Shown here: piece by piece, positions 18,781 through 29,223 of the stretch | Position numbering within the stretch: the stretch's first letter is position 1 | How the letters are laid out: the number at the start of each line of letters is the position of its first letter | DNA from: Gemmatimonadota bacterium | Lineage (GTDB): Bacteria; Gemmatimonadota; Gemmatimonadetes; Gemmatimonadales; GWC2-71-9 | Length of the DNA: 58,902 nt | Assembly: GCA_036679605.1 (NCBI GenBank) | Contig: JAZDCZ010000020.1 | Location: 1-58,902, forward strand | Direction of reading: 5' to 3' | Notes under the pieces: model-generated | The model's database searches: none | The model's input: the letters and a program-made list of their open reading frames with translations, nothing else | What the model was told of the DNA's origin: nothing | Position numbers and translations under genes: made by a program

Positions 18781-21045
18781 ATGACCGAGATCACGTCCAA
18801 GCTCTCGACCGCCCTTAGCAGTAGCTACAAGATCGAACGCCACCTTGGCGAAGGCGGCATGGCGACCGTCTATCTCGCCGAAGACTTGAAGCACAAGCGC
18901 AAGGTGGCGGTCAAAGTGCTCAGGCCCGAACTCGCAGCCGTACTGGGCGGTGAGCGATTCCTCAATGAGATAAAGGTGACGGCCAACCTCCAACACCCGC
19001 ACATTCTCCAACTCTACGACTCCGGTGAGGCCGACTCGCATCTCTACTACGTGATGCCCTACATCGAGGGTGAATCGCTCCGGGAGAAATTGAACCGCGA
19101 AAAGCAACTCTCCATCGAGGAGACGGTGGAGATTACGAAGGTCGTTGCGAGCGCATTGGACTTCGCGCACAAGCGAGACATCGTCCACCGTGACATCAAG
19201 CCGGAGAACATTCTTCTGCAGGGTGGCGTGGCCTTAGTTGCCGACTTCGGGATCGCGGTGGCAATGAGCAGCGTGGGCGGAGACCGACTGACGGAAACCG
19301 GGCTGTCCATCGGCACGCCCGCCTACATGAGTCCCGAGCAGATCGCGGGGCAACGTGACCTCGACGCGCGCAGCGATGTGTACTCGTTGGCATGCGTGAC
19401 GTATGAGATGTTAGCCGGTGATCCACCGTTCGTTTCGTCGAACGCTCAGGCGGTGATGGCAAAACATGTCACCGACCCGGCACCGCCGATTACCACGACT
19501 CGGCCGAGCGTGAGTCCGACGATCGCGCACGCCATCGCCAAGGCGTTGAACAAGACGCCGGTCGACCGGTACGAGAGTGCCGGCGCCTTCGCGGCCGGAT
19601 TGACGACGAAGGGCGACCCGCCACCCGAAGGGAAATCGGTCGCCGTGTTGCCTTTCGTGAACCGGAGCGCCGATCCCAACGACGAATACTTCAGCGACGG
19701 GCTCACCGACGAAGTGATCTCCGATCTGTCTCGCATGTCCGCGTTGCACGTCATCTCCCGTAACTCGTCGATGATGCTGAAGGGAACGACGAAGGACACG
19801 CGGACGCTCGCCCGGGAGCTGGGTGTGACGCACCTTGTGACCGGCACAGTGCGCAGGGCCGGGGCCGCACTGCGCATCACGGCCGAGCTGGTTGAGGCAA
19901 GCACCGACACGCCCATCTGGAGCGAGAAGCTCTCGGGCACCATGGATGACGTGTTCGGCATCCAGGAGGAGATCTCCCGGCAGATCGTGGCCGCCCTGAA
20001 GGTACGCCTCACCGACACAGAGGAGCGTGGCGTCGCCGAGCGCCCGATCGATGACCCGGTCGCCTACGACTGCTACCTGCGCGCACGCCAGGTGTTGTAC
20101 GACTGGACGCCGGAGGATCAGCACCGCGCCCTACGCTTGGTCGAAGACGCGATCGACATCGTCGGTGACTCACCGCTGCTGCTGGCGACCAAGGCGAATA
20201 TTCACTGGAGCCAGGTGAACATGCACGTGGTTCCTGCCGAGGAGGGGCTCGCGCGCGCCTCGGCACTCGTGGATCAGGCGCTCGCGCTCGATCCGGACTT
20301 CTACCTCGCCATCTACGTTCGCGGTCTCGTGGCCGGGATGCGTGGGCAGCCCGAAGCGGCGCTCGTGGACCTATACCGTGCGCACAGCCTTCGCCCCAAC
20401 GACCTCAACATCCTCAGTGAGCTGATTCGGTACTCTAATTTTTCAGGTCTCCGCAACACTTGGAAGTACGCCGAGAAGATAGCTCAGATCGACCCGCTGA
20501 CGTCGGCCACCCAATTGAACAAGGTCTATCTAGCAGTGATATACGGTCCATGTGAGGCGGCGGCGGCGCCTGCGCGCCGCGTGATTGCGCTGGCTCCGCA
20601 GGTCTCCATGTTGCACGTCTACGCGGGCTGGCCGCTCGCGGAGGCCGGGTTCCGTGACGAAGCGGCCGAGATCCTTGGCCGGGTCGGCACGGCGATCACC
20701 GACAATCCGCACGGTCCGCTCGCGCTCTTCCTGAGCTACGCGCTGGACGGGCGTGAGGAGGAGGCACTCAGGGTAGCGACGCCGGAGATGGAGAAGACCG
20801 TCCACAACGACATCGCGTGCCGGATGATGGCGGACGGCTACGCGCTGCTGGGCCGCAAGCGCGATGCAATACGCTGGGTGCGGACCGCCATCGAACACGG
20901 CTTCATCAACTACCCCAACCTGAGTGAAGGAGCCCTCTTCCTCAAGAGCCTGAGGGCCGAGCCGGAGTTCCACGCCCTGATGGCCGAGCTCAAGCCGCGC
21001 TGGGAGGCCTTGGTGGAGTGGGAGCGGGGGCTGCCGGGCAGTTGA
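18781..21045 (+). CDS. Ser/Thr protein kinase with TolB_N-like and TPR domains
   Basis: GEGGMATVY, VAVK, HRDIKPEN, DFG, GTPAYMSPE; SVAVLPFVNRS...YFSDGLTDE. Confidence 0.93.
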   Translation: MTEITSKLSTALSSSYKIERHLGEGGMATVYLAEDLKHKRKVAVKVLRPELAAVLGGERFLNEIKVTANLQHPHILQLYDSGEADSHLYYVMPYIEGESLREKLNREKQLSIEETVEITKVVASALDFAHKRDIVHRDIKPENILLQGGVALVADFGIAVAMSSVGGDRLTETGLSIGTPAYMSPEQIAGQRDLDARSDVYSLACVTYEMLAGDPPFVSSNAQAVMAKHVTDPAPPITTTRPSVSPTIAHAIAKALNKTPVDRYESAGAFAAGLTTKGDPPPEGKSVAVLPFVNRSADPNDEYFSDGLTDEVISDLSRMSALHVISRNSSMMLKGTTKDTRTLARELGVTHLVTGTVRRAGAALRITAELVEASTDTPIWSEKLSGTMDDVFGIQEEISRQIVAALKVRLTDTEERGVAERPIDDPVAYDCYLRARQVLYDWTPEDQHRALRLVEDAIDIVGDSPLLLATKANIHWSQVNMHVVPAEEGLARASALVDQALALDPDFYLAIYVRGLVAGMRGQPEAALVDLYRAHSLRPNDLNILSELIRYSNFSGLRNTWKYAEKIAQIDPLTSATQLNKVYLAVIYGPCEAAAAPARRVIALAPQVSMLHVYAGWPLAEAGFRDEAAEILGRVGTAITDNPHGPLALFLSYALDGREEEALRVATPEMEKTVHNDIACRMMADGYALLGRKRDAIRWVRTAIEHGFINYPNLSEGALFLKSLRAEPEFHALMAELKPRWEALVEWERGLPGS

Positions 21046-21052
21046 ATCAAGG

Positions 21053-21119
21053 CCACCGACCGGAGACGCTGGCGGAGTGGCTGCGGATGGAGACTCTAGA
21101 ACAATGGGTAAAGGGTCTG
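21053..21119 (+). pseudogene. Internal fragment of an hsdR allele (HRPETLAEWLRMETLEQWVKGL)
   Basis: 60/67 nt identical to hsdR 4616-4682, mostly third-position changes. Confidence 0.9.
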
Positions 21120-21172
21120 GGCGCGAGCCCGGCGGACACGACTGAGATCACACGTGGCTTCGTGAGGTACCG

Positions 21173-23104
21173 TTGCGAGTGAGAGCGTGGATCCCGGGTT
21201 GGGGCACCGCGTGGGTGGCGTGCGCACTTCTGGGCACACCTACGAGTTCGCTTCGGGCCCAGGCGCTCGAGGGTCTAGATGCGCTAGTTCTCGACCTCAT
21301 GCGTCGCTACGACGTTCCCGGTGTGGCCCTGACCGTGGTGCGCGGCGACCGCGTGGCCGTTCTACGCGGGTTCGGACTCGCGCGGGTTTCCGACGGCGTC
21401 CCGGTCGACCCGGAACGCACGGTCTTTCGAGTCGCGTCCGTCGCGAAGCTCTTCGTCGCCGCTGCCGCCCTAACGCTTGTCGAGAGAGGCGCCCTGGATC
21501 TCGATGCGAACATACAGCGATATGCACCGAACCTTCCGCTCGAAAGCCGCTTTACCGAGCCGATTACACTGCACCACTTGCTTACCCATACGGCCGGCTT
21601 TGACGAACGAATGATCGGCTACGCGGCGACATCGCGGAGTGCGATCCGTCCGCTTGGCGCGTATCTCGCAGAGAATCTTCCACGGCGTGGATGGCGGCCG
21701 GGCGAACTTACCGGGTACTCCAACCACGGCATGGCGGTCGCGGCCTATCTGGTCGAGCGCGCCACCGGCATCCCTTTCTCCGAGTACGCACGTGATTCCC
21801 TCTTCTTGAGACTCGGCATGACGAGCACGAGCTACCTCGACGTGGTTACCACGCGCAGCGACGATATGGCATCGGGTCATTTGTGCGACGCTGACGGCTG
21901 CACTGCTGTGGATGACGTCTACTCTCATCCCTACCCCGTGGGGCTTGCCTATTCGACGGCGGCGGACATGGCGCGGTTTCTCATCGTGCAGCTCAATGCG
22001 GGACGGATCGACGGCGAGTCTGCGTTGCCCACCGCCGTAATCGCTCGAATGCAGGCCGAGCAGTTTACGCACGATCAAGCCATCCCTGGTATGTCCTTCG
22101 GGTTCTTTAATCAGACCGAACTGGGCTGGCGCGCTCTCACGCATGCGGGAGGCGTGTCCGGCGTTCGCAGTCTGTTTCTGATTGTTCCCGACGCGGGCGT
22201 AGGGTTCTATTTCGTTGCCAATGGCGGTCGCCCAAGATTCGGTGCCGCGTTGAAGGACAGCCTACTGGCGCGATTGCTCGATGAGCGACACGAAGTTCGA
22301 CGTGCCCAGCCGGTCTCGTTGAGTCCCGAATACGTAGCTCAGTTCGCAGGACCGTACCAGCTCACCCGGTATGCTCACTACACCGTGGAGAAGTTCCCCG
22401 CGTTGTTCGCCACGTCGGTTGTGCTGCGATCCACTGAAAGCGGATCGCTCGTCTTGCCCGTCGAGGAGCGACTTGAATTCGTGCCGATCGACTCTCTACG
22501 ATTTCGAGAAATTGGTGGAGACAGGGTCGTGGCGTTCCGGCGTGACCAACGGGGGCGTGTGACGCACCTGTTTGCGGCAAGGCCCTTCTTTGGCGCCGAC
22601 TTCCCGGCGGCATTCGAGCGCCGCTACTGGTATGATGATGCCGGAGTAAAAAACGAGTATGTGTCATATCTTCTCGGCTTGCCCTTGATCCTGATGTTCC
22701 TCGTCTGGCCCGTCACGGCTGCCGTCGCCGCATGGTGGGGTAGGCGAAGGAATCGGGCTCGGCGCAATGCCACTACTGGGTCTCGCACCGCCGTCATTCT
22801 CGCTGTGATCTTCAGCGTGCTCTTCACGTGGTTCGGATTCGGGTTCGTAGCCCGCTCAACCAGAATGCTCGAGTCCGCGACGGGGATTGTGACTGGGATG
22901 ACGCCTGGGATGCGTCGGCTGCTTCAGCTGCCGTATGCGTTGGGCCTGCTCGCTGCGTTTGTGCTTGGGTTCGCAGTCATCGCGTGGCGTCGCAGATATT
23001 GGGGTCCAATACGCAGGGCGTACTATACGGCGTTTGCCATGATGGCGTTGCTAGTGGTCGCGTTCCTCGTGCGGTGGAACTATTTGCCGCCGGTATGGCG
23101 CTAA
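21173..23104 (+). CDS. Beta-lactamase-family serine hydrolase with signal peptide and C-terminal TM helices
   Basis: ASVAK (SxxK), LLTHTAG, YSN, HAG motifs. Confidence 0.88.
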   Translation: MRVRAWIPGWGTAWVACALLGTPTSSLRAQALEGLDALVLDLMRRYDVPGVALTVVRGDRVAVLRGFGLARVSDGVPVDPERTVFRVASVAKLFVAAAALTLVERGALDLDANIQRYAPNLPLESRFTEPITLHHLLTHTAGFDERMIGYAATSRSAIRPLGAYLAENLPRRGWRPGELTGYSNHGMAVAAYLVERATGIPFSEYARDSLFLRLGMTSTSYLDVVTTRSDDMASGHLCDADGCTAVDDVYSHPYPVGLAYSTAADMARFLIVQLNAGRIDGESALPTAVIARMQAEQFTHDQAIPGMSFGFFNQTELGWRALTHAGGVSGVRSLFLIVPDAGVGFYFVANGGRPRFGAALKDSLLARLLDERHEVRRAQPVSLSPEYVAQFAGPYQLTRYAHYTVEKFPALFATSVVLRSTESGSLVLPVEERLEFVPIDSLRFREIGGDRVVAFRRDQRGRVTHLFAARPFFGADFPAAFERRYWYDDAGVKNEYVSYLLGLPLILMFLVWPVTAAVAAWWGRRRNRARRNATTGSRTAVILAVIFSVLFTWFGFGFVARSTRMLESATGIVTGMTPGMRRLLQLPYALGLLAAFVLGFAVIAWRRRYWGPIRRAYYTAFAMMALLVVAFLVRWNYLPPVWR

Positions 23105-23317
23105 GATGACGGACGTCGTCGCGATGTGTGTTACTCCAAATCAACGGCCGTCCACGAGCGACAAGAGCCGCTGGCTTTGCAATCTGTGTATGTTGTGCAT
23201 CGTGTTCACGGTTGCAACCCTATCTTTCGGTTCAGGGCGGAAAAGAAGCAGTCGGCTTGATTCGGAAGGACATGGCCGTAATCTGTCGGACGACCGAAGG
23301 TTTCCGTTGGCTCACGG

Positions 23318-24532
23318 ATGGAACGAATTGTCATGACCATGCGCCTATGCTTGCGTTGCCTCGCGTTTACGCTCACCGTCTCCGCGTGCGGTGCTGGCGG
23401 CGGGGCTGACAGAACCGCGACGGTGACTGACTCCGCCGGCGTCGAGATCGTCACGAGCGCCGAGCCCGTGTGGCAGGCCGGCAATGCATGGACGGCGGAT
23501 CCAGCCCCCGCAGTTTCAATCGGGGCCTTTGAGGGCGAGCCCGAGTACGAGTTGTATCGGGTTAGTGGTGCCACCCGTCTCGCTGATGGTACGATCGCCG
23601 TGCTCAACAGTGGCTCGTTCGAGCTGCGGTTCTATGATGAGAGCGGTGACTTCATCAGGTCAGTTGGGGCGGAAGGTGAAGGCCCGGGCGAGTTCCGCGG
23701 ATCCTCGAAGCTCTTCAACCACCGCGACTCGCTGCTCGTGTGGGACTTCCGGCTCAAGCGGCTTTCCGTGTTTGCACCGGCCGGAGAGTTTGTCCGATCA
23801 TTCTCGTTGTCCGGGAGCGGGCGGTCGCAGCACGGTTCCGAGCTGGTCGGTGGCGCGCTACTCACCACGACCGCCACCGTCTACACGCCGTCATCGGAGG
23901 GCGGTATCCATCGTGATACGAGCGTCTATCTCATGGTCAGCCTGGACGGGGATTCGCTCTCCTCGTTGGGTCGGTTCCCCGACGCCGAGCGGTTTGTCCG
24001 CCTATCCGGCGATGGCATGACCGTGATGAGTCTCATCCTCGGTCGAACCACGCGCCGGGCTTCGTACGGTGACCAGCTCTTTGTCGGAACGAACGAGTCC
24101 TATGCTATCGACATCTACGATTGGGATGGCCGATTTGTGCGAAGCATCCGTAGGGACGTGCCGCCCGTGTCGGTCACTGACGAGATGTTTACGCGCGAAG
24201 TAGAACAACGTTTGGCGGCCATGCCCGCGCGGTTTCGAGCGAACATCGAGACTATGTACGAGGTCATGCCGCAGGTGGATGTGCTGCCCTTCTACGCCGC
24301 GCTCCAGGTGGACGCCGACGGAAATCTCTGGGTGCGCAACTACTCGATGGAAAGCGAACCCGCGAACGAATGGAGCGTGTTCGACCGGAGAGGCATCTGG
24401 CTGGGTGACGTCACGCTCCCGATCGGGCTCACCGTGTACGAGATCGGGTCCGACTATGTCCTCGGCAGCTGGCAGGATGAGATCGAGGTCGAGCATGTGC
24501 GCATCCACGCCCTGGAGCGCCACTCGAAGTAA
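23318..24532 (+). CDS. 6-bladed beta-propeller lipoprotein
   Basis: Lipobox VSAC, DSAGVEIV, GEGPGEF, VDADGNLWV, WSVFD. Confidence 0.8.
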   Translation: MERIVMTMRLCLRCLAFTLTVSACGAGGGADRTATVTDSAGVEIVTSAEPVWQAGNAWTADPAPAVSIGAFEGEPEYELYRVSGATRLADGTIAVLNSGSFELRFYDESGDFIRSVGAEGEGPGEFRGSSKLFNHRDSLLVWDFRLKRLSVFAPAGEFVRSFSLSGSGRSQHGSELVGGALLTTTATVYTPSSEGGIHRDTSVYLMVSLDGDSLSSLGRFPDAERFVRLSGDGMTVMSLILGRTTRRASYGDQLFVGTNESYAIDIYDWDGRFVRSIRRDVPPVSVTDEMFTREVEQRLAAMPARFRANIETMYEVMPQVDVLPFYAALQVDADGNLWVRNYSMESEPANEWSVFDRRGIWLGDVTLPIGLTVYEIGSDYVLGSWQDEIEVEHVRIHALERHSK

Positions 24533-25076
24533 CTGCGGCGGCGGCGTGTCAGGAGGTCCGCCTGAGGCATCTTCATCGCGGCATCCTCACGTGTTAACGG
24601 AAAGCGAAAAGTTCCCATATACAGCCCTAGCTCGTATCTGTCCAAGTTAGAAATTTCTTCCAGTCGCTGTCGTGCTGTTTGCCAGCCATCTCTGCGGGCG
24701 AGTTGCACTTCGTTCATTGCCTGGACCGATCCGAATTGCCAGCTATCATCCCTGAAGATGACTTCACGGCGCGATCGTGCCAAACGCCGAGATCCGCACG
24801 GCAGACTCCAACGTCCCCAAGTCCCGGACGGCAGTGGCCCCACCACCTGGCGGTGGAGCTCCAGGACCTCACTCGGGCTCAGGTAATCGCACCTATGCCA
24901 GACCGCGGTACAACTCGCTCTCCTCAAGACCCCAGATTTCCCCCTTTCTCGAATGGAACTTCTGGAGACGAGTCTCTTCAATCCGTCCAGGTTCTGTATT
25001 GCGTTCAGGAGCGGGTATGGACTTTGGAGCTGGCGCGTGCGAGCATTGCTAGGGAAACAGCAACGGAGGTTCCAAG

Positions 25077-25463
25077 ATGACCAGATTGACACTGCTAATC
25101 AGCCTGGCGGGTGTGGTACTGCTGCCAGCGACCGTGTTGACAGCCCAAGAGGCTCAGCCCGATTCCGTCCTGGTTCGTGCTGCCACGGCGACGCTTCGGA
25201 GCGACTTGCGTAATTTTGTCGTCGCGCAGGAGGGGTACTTCGCTGATCACAGCACCTACGCGGGCTCGCTTCGCGACATGAGTGAGATCTATCGGCCAAG
25301 TCGCGGGGTGACGTTCGTGCTCCTAACCTCCTCCAACACAGGCCACAGCGAGATCGCCATCGACGAGCGGGTGCCCGGGCTCGTGTGTGCCATGTATGTC
25401 GGAAGCTCGCCAGCTCCAATGGGGAAGGGCGGGGAAGGTGAGGTGGTTTGTCGAGGACCGTAG
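25077..25463 (+). CDS. Secreted hypothetical protein with a pilin-like helix
   Basis: GGAGG RBS, Sec signal, LRSDLRNFVVAQEGYFADHSTY, C-terminal Cys pair. Confidence 0.7.
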   Translation: MTRLTLLISLAGVVLLPATVLTAQEAQPDSVLVRAATATLRSDLRNFVVAQEGYFADHSTYAGSLRDMSEIYRPSRGVTFVLLTSSNTGHSEIAIDERVPGLVCAMYVGSSPAPMGKGGEGEVVCRGP

Positions 25464-25592
25464 AGCACCCATTTTTCATACCACCGGTCGTCGCCCGTCT
25501 TATCTCCATCCAACAACAGAATAGCGGTCCGTTTGGGGCCGGTTGCGTATAGGATCTCCCTCGAGTGATCTCGGTTGCCACGCGGACGCCAG

Positions 25593-26858
25593 TTAGAACA
25601 GACGAAACTCTCTCTGTATCGAATCGATATTATCGCTCGGCACCTTCGCCTCCTTCGCGTAGTCCTCCCAGCTGCTCATAGCTTCGGTAACTTCGTCGAT
25701 AACGTCCTTCCCGTCCCGCTTTATGCCGAATGCACCCCCGAGCCCGAGCAGGTCCTCCTTAGTAAAGTCGTCGCGCTTGCCGTTGAGCGACATCTGATGG
25801 TGCCTGGTGTAGCCGCTTCCGCGAGCGTAGGTCAGGTCATATGCCGGTGAGAGCTGCCAGTTCCCATGCTTGTCCATCAAGAAGCTAACGTTCTTGACGT
25901 GATCGTCTTGGTTAACAGACACGATGTTAAACACAGACCGGCGGTAGGCTTCCTCCAATTCGGGGTAGTGGAGTCCAAGAGCGAGTACGGTACGTAAGAA
26001 TTGCTCGTAGGAGAAAATGCCTGGGGTATTGAAGTCGACGTGGTGGAGACCACCAAGACTGTGTAAGTGCAGGCGATCCTTCTCAGAGCGGTCGAAGCGC
26101 TTTACCAGCAAGTGGCCGTGCTGGCGCTCTTCGAGAAGTGAGGTCTCGGGCATTTCAATGCCCGCGTCGCGGGCGAGACGTGAGTAGACGTACTCGATGC
26201 GGTTGAATGGCTGAGGAGTCGAATTTGGCTCTCCGAACTCCCCCACGCCGTCGAACTTGATTATCCAGTGTTCATCTTCACTCTGCGGCCTCGCGAACCC
26301 TGAGCGCACCTCGTTCGCAGCGCGATTCCACAGGATCAGTGCCTTCGCTCGCGCTCCACCGGCGGAAGCGCCCACGCGCATCATTTCTGGAATGCTGACG
26401 TCTGGGCGTCCTTCGATAACAACCCGAGCCTGTTTGACCAACTCCGCGACCTCGAGCGATTCGCGCTCGGCCGCACGTCGCAGCTTGATGGGAGGCCGGA
26501 ACTCCAGAGCGCCCATTGCGCGGTCCCCAATGTATAGGAGCTTCTGCACGGGGCGCATCGCATTCTCGGGTTGGCCGCGATCGGAGAAGTATTTCTTGAT
26601 CACAGCATTTCCGAAGCGATCAGGCAGCGCATCAGCTAGAACACCGGGCAACCCTTCGAATGCCCCAACCCGCTGTAGCTCTGGAAACGTCACTGGCCCC
26701 TGCCTGGAAAGCGGCAACAGGAGAGGGGATATCTCAAGTCCTCGTTTGCGAAACGCGGGATCGTATTCGAAAGTGACCTGTCCGTCTTCTGATTCTGCGA
26801 CGGCTCCCACCTGGGCACCCCAGAGCCATACCTCAGCCCACGCGACTGTATCAGCCAT
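25593..26858 (-). CDS. hipA: HipA-family toxin kinase
   Basis: N-terminal coupling domain (DALPDRFG), SAGGARAK, WIIKFDG, NQDDHVKN, LSPAYD. Confidence 0.92.
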   Translation of the reverse strand: MADTVAWAEVWLWGAQVGAVAESEDGQVTFEYDPAFRKRGLEISPLLLPLSRQGPVTFPELQRVGAFEGLPGVLADALPDRFGNAVIKKYFSDRGQPENAMRPVQKLLYIGDRAMGALEFRPPIKLRRAAERESLEVAELVKQARVVIEGRPDVSIPEMMRVGASAGGARAKALILWNRAANEVRSGFARPQSEDEHWIIKFDGVGEFGEPNSTPQPFNRIEYVYSRLARDAGIEMPETSLLEERQHGHLLVKRFDRSEKDRLHLHSLGGLHHVDFNTPGIFSYEQFLRTVLALGLHYPELEEAYRRSVFNIVSVNQDDHVKNVSFLMDKHGNWQLSPAYDLTYARGSGYTRHHQMSLNGKRDDFTKEDLLGLGGAFGIKRDGKDVIDEVTEAMSSWEDYAKEAKVPSDNIDSIQREFRLF

Positions 26859-27165
26859 CCTTGCGCATCCGTGCGCGTTGACGGGGACGGCCCTTTCGCC
26901 GGGCGAGTTCTAGGGGCGACAGTTGGGGTGGAGGAAGGAAGGCGTTTGCAGTCTCGATACGTCCGTATACGCGTAAGAGGCGCACGATCGTTGTTAGGCG
27001 CGAGTTCTTGCCGGCCTCGGCATTGACCACCGTGTTCGGGTTCAGACCAGCTCGATCTGCTACCACGGCAACACTAAGGTTTTGCTGGAGACGATACGCG
27101 CGTAATCGCTCTCCAAGCTCACGGAGAATCTCCTCGTCCGTCGTTTGAACCGTTATAATGGACAA
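26851..27165 (-). CDS. hipB: HipB-like XRE HTH antitoxin
   Basis: LGERLRAYRLQQNLS...AGLNPNTVVNAEAG; overlaps hipA start. Confidence 0.85.
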   Translation of the reverse strand: MSIITVQTTDEEILRELGERLRAYRLQQNLSVAVVADRAGLNPNTVVNAEAGKNSRLTTIVRLLRVYGRIETANAFLPPPQLSPLELARRKGRPRQRARMRKDG

Positions 27166-27188
27166 TAAAACCTCCTGATCATCATATG

Positions 27189-27283
27189 AACTAATATAAT
27201 ATTAGTTAAGCATAAGTCCAAATATTCACCATTATAATATGCTGTATCCGGTATAATGGCCTTTAATAACTATTATATTAGTT
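27189..27283. promoter_or_regulatory. AT-rich hipBA operator/promoter region
   Basis: Palindrome AACTAATA-TAA-TATTAGTT (27189-27207) and a 13-bp inverted repeat 27189-27201 / 27271-27283. Confidence 0.6.
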
Positions 27284-27374
27284 GTAATGTCATTGACTGA
27301 AATTGAGATGTGGCAGGGCCACACGGCAAAGTAGAAATGACCTGTTCTGCTGTCTTCGGCATCTGCCGCCGCTA

Positions 27375-28547
27375 TTAGCCGATCGCCAAACCAGTCAGTA
27401 GCCCGAGGAGCACCGCGACGCTGGCGATGAGGGCAACGATGGTGCGGGGCACGCCCAAGGACACCTCATGGGGTGTGGTCTCCCTCCGCGTCCCGAAGAA
27501 CGTCACCGACTCGAGTGCGCTGCCCAGTTTCTTCGCTGTAGGGAACCGGTCCCACGGATCCTTTTCCAAACATCGCATGATAACGTCCGCAAATTCCTTC
27601 GGAATTGTGGGATTGATGTCGCGGATGTGTACCGGTGCCTCCAGGACGTGCTTCTCGAGAACTTTAGTGTCGTCCCGCCCGGTGAACGGTGGCCGCCCCA
27701 TGAGCATGCGATATCCGAGGATGCCCAGCGAGTAGATGTCCGACCGGTGGTCAATTTCCGGCAGTCCCTGCGCCTGCTCGGGCGACATGTACGCCGGCGT
27801 ACCCACTACCGGCGCGTCCGACGACTCCGGCACCTGCTCCGCGACTGCCATGGAGATCCCGAAATCCATCAACAGCACCTTTTGGAGATCTCCCTCCAGG
27901 AACACGTTGGCGGGTTTGATGTCCAGGTGGACCATGTTGGCCTCGTGGGCCCCCGCCAGGGCGTCGGCCAGCTCGCTGAGGATGCGCCTTGACTCGTAGG
28001 GCGGCAGTCGCGCCCGGCCAAGTCGCGACTCGAGGGTTGTCCCCTGAACGAATGGCATTATGTAGTAGATCAATCCTCCCCGCTCGCGAATGTCGTAGAT
28101 GGGGACGATCCCGGGGTGCCGGAGTTTCGCCAAAGCGATGCCTTCGGCCCGGAAACCTTCCATGAACGACTCGGTCCCGACCAGCTCGGGCCGAATGACC
28201 TTGATGGCCACGATCCGGCCGAGTCGTAGGTCGCGTGCCTTGTACACGCGGGCGAAACCGCCATAGCCGATCAAGGAGAGGAGTTCGTATTCGGCGCCGA
28301 GCACGTGCCGAAGCCTGGCGTTGAACACGGTCACTGAGAGTGGCGCCGTTGATTCCACGACTTCGTCGATGATCGTCAAGTCGCCATCATCGCCGTGCGA
28401 ATCGGCATCTTCGGACCTAACCTCGCCGGTGAGGGTGGCTTCGGGATCGACGTTGACCTCGGTCGGCGTGCCACACCTGGAGCAAAACTGGTCGTCGGGG
28501 TCCAGCTGCCGGTCGCAACCGGCACAGCGCTGGGATGAATCGGTCAT
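27375..28547 (-). CDS. Ser/Thr kinase with N-terminal zinc ribbon and C-terminal TM anchor
   Basis: CAGC...CSRCG; GYGGFARVY, VAIK, HLDIKPAN, DFG, GTPAYMSPE; start taken at MTDSSQRC. Confidence 0.88.
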   Translation of the reverse strand: MTDSSQRCAGCDRQLDPDDQFCSRCGTPTEVNVDPEATLTGEVRSEDADSHGDDGDLTIIDEVVESTAPLSVTVFNARLRHVLGAEYELLSLIGYGGFARVYKARDLRLGRIVAIKVIRPELVGTESFMEGFRAEGIALAKLRHPGIVPIYDIRERGGLIYYIMPFVQGTTLESRLGRARLPPYESRRILSELADALAGAHEANMVHLDIKPANVFLEGDLQKVLLMDFGISMAVAEQVPESSDAPVVGTPAYMSPEQAQGLPEIDHRSDIYSLGILGYRMLMGRPPFTGRDDTKVLEKHVLEAPVHIRDINPTIPKEFADVIMRCLEKDPWDRFPTAKKLGSALESVTFFGTRRETTPHEVSLGVPRTIVALIASVAVLLGLLTGLAIG

Positions 28548-29011
28548 GTCACGAAACCTCGGGGCAGTTGGGACAGCGCCCTGGTTGGTGTCCATCGGGT
28601 GCAGGAACGTAACCACAAGATCTCGGCCACGGCGTGGCAGCGCTAGGGCGCCACCGGCCGATCGAGACCGTCTTTCGCGCAGGCCTTGCGAACCCGCTCC
28701 CATTCGCAACATTTTGCGATTGCGAACCGAGTTCGGGCTTCCCACGCGATCCTCGGGCGCGGTGTCGGTTTTTGAGTCCCGGATCCTCTTTTCGACCTTG
28801 GCCGACGGATAGTCGAGTGGTGGTGACGTGAAGAAATCGAGTATGTTTGAAGCTGGTCGTGAAACAGGAGACGGCGTGCGACACGAAGGGGGCTACACCG
28901 CTGATTTGCTCGGCGTAAGAGTGGACCGTAGTTGCGTGTTGGGGGATATGCCTCTAGAGCTCGGGCAACACAAAGCAAATCGCGAGGTTCTGAGTGCATG
29001 GCCTGGGCACC

Positions 29012-29200
29012 GTGCTCGACATTAGCGCGGAAGTAAGCTGCCCCTACTGCGGTGAGACCGTTGCGCTCGCGTTAGACGCGGGCGGTGGAACTCTGCAGGA
29101 GTACGTGGAAGACTGCCATGTTTGTTGCAAACCGTGGCGTGTGCGAGTGCATTACGACGCGACGGGGAGGGCGGACGTGTTGGTAGAGCGCACCGATTGA
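29012..29200 (+). CDS. CPXCG-motif cysteine-rich small protein
   Basis: SCPYCGE...QEYVEDCHVCCKPW. Confidence 0.85.
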   Translation: MLDISAEVSCPYCGETVALALDAGGGTLQEYVEDCHVCCKPWRVRVHYDATGRADVLVERTD

Positions 29201-29223
29201 TCGGTTCCGCGACTCGTTGTTCG

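Noticed and set aside
24454..25092. 212-aa minus-strand ORF as a gene
   Set aside because: Overlaps genes at both ends and has no recognisable motifs; at most a decayed remnant
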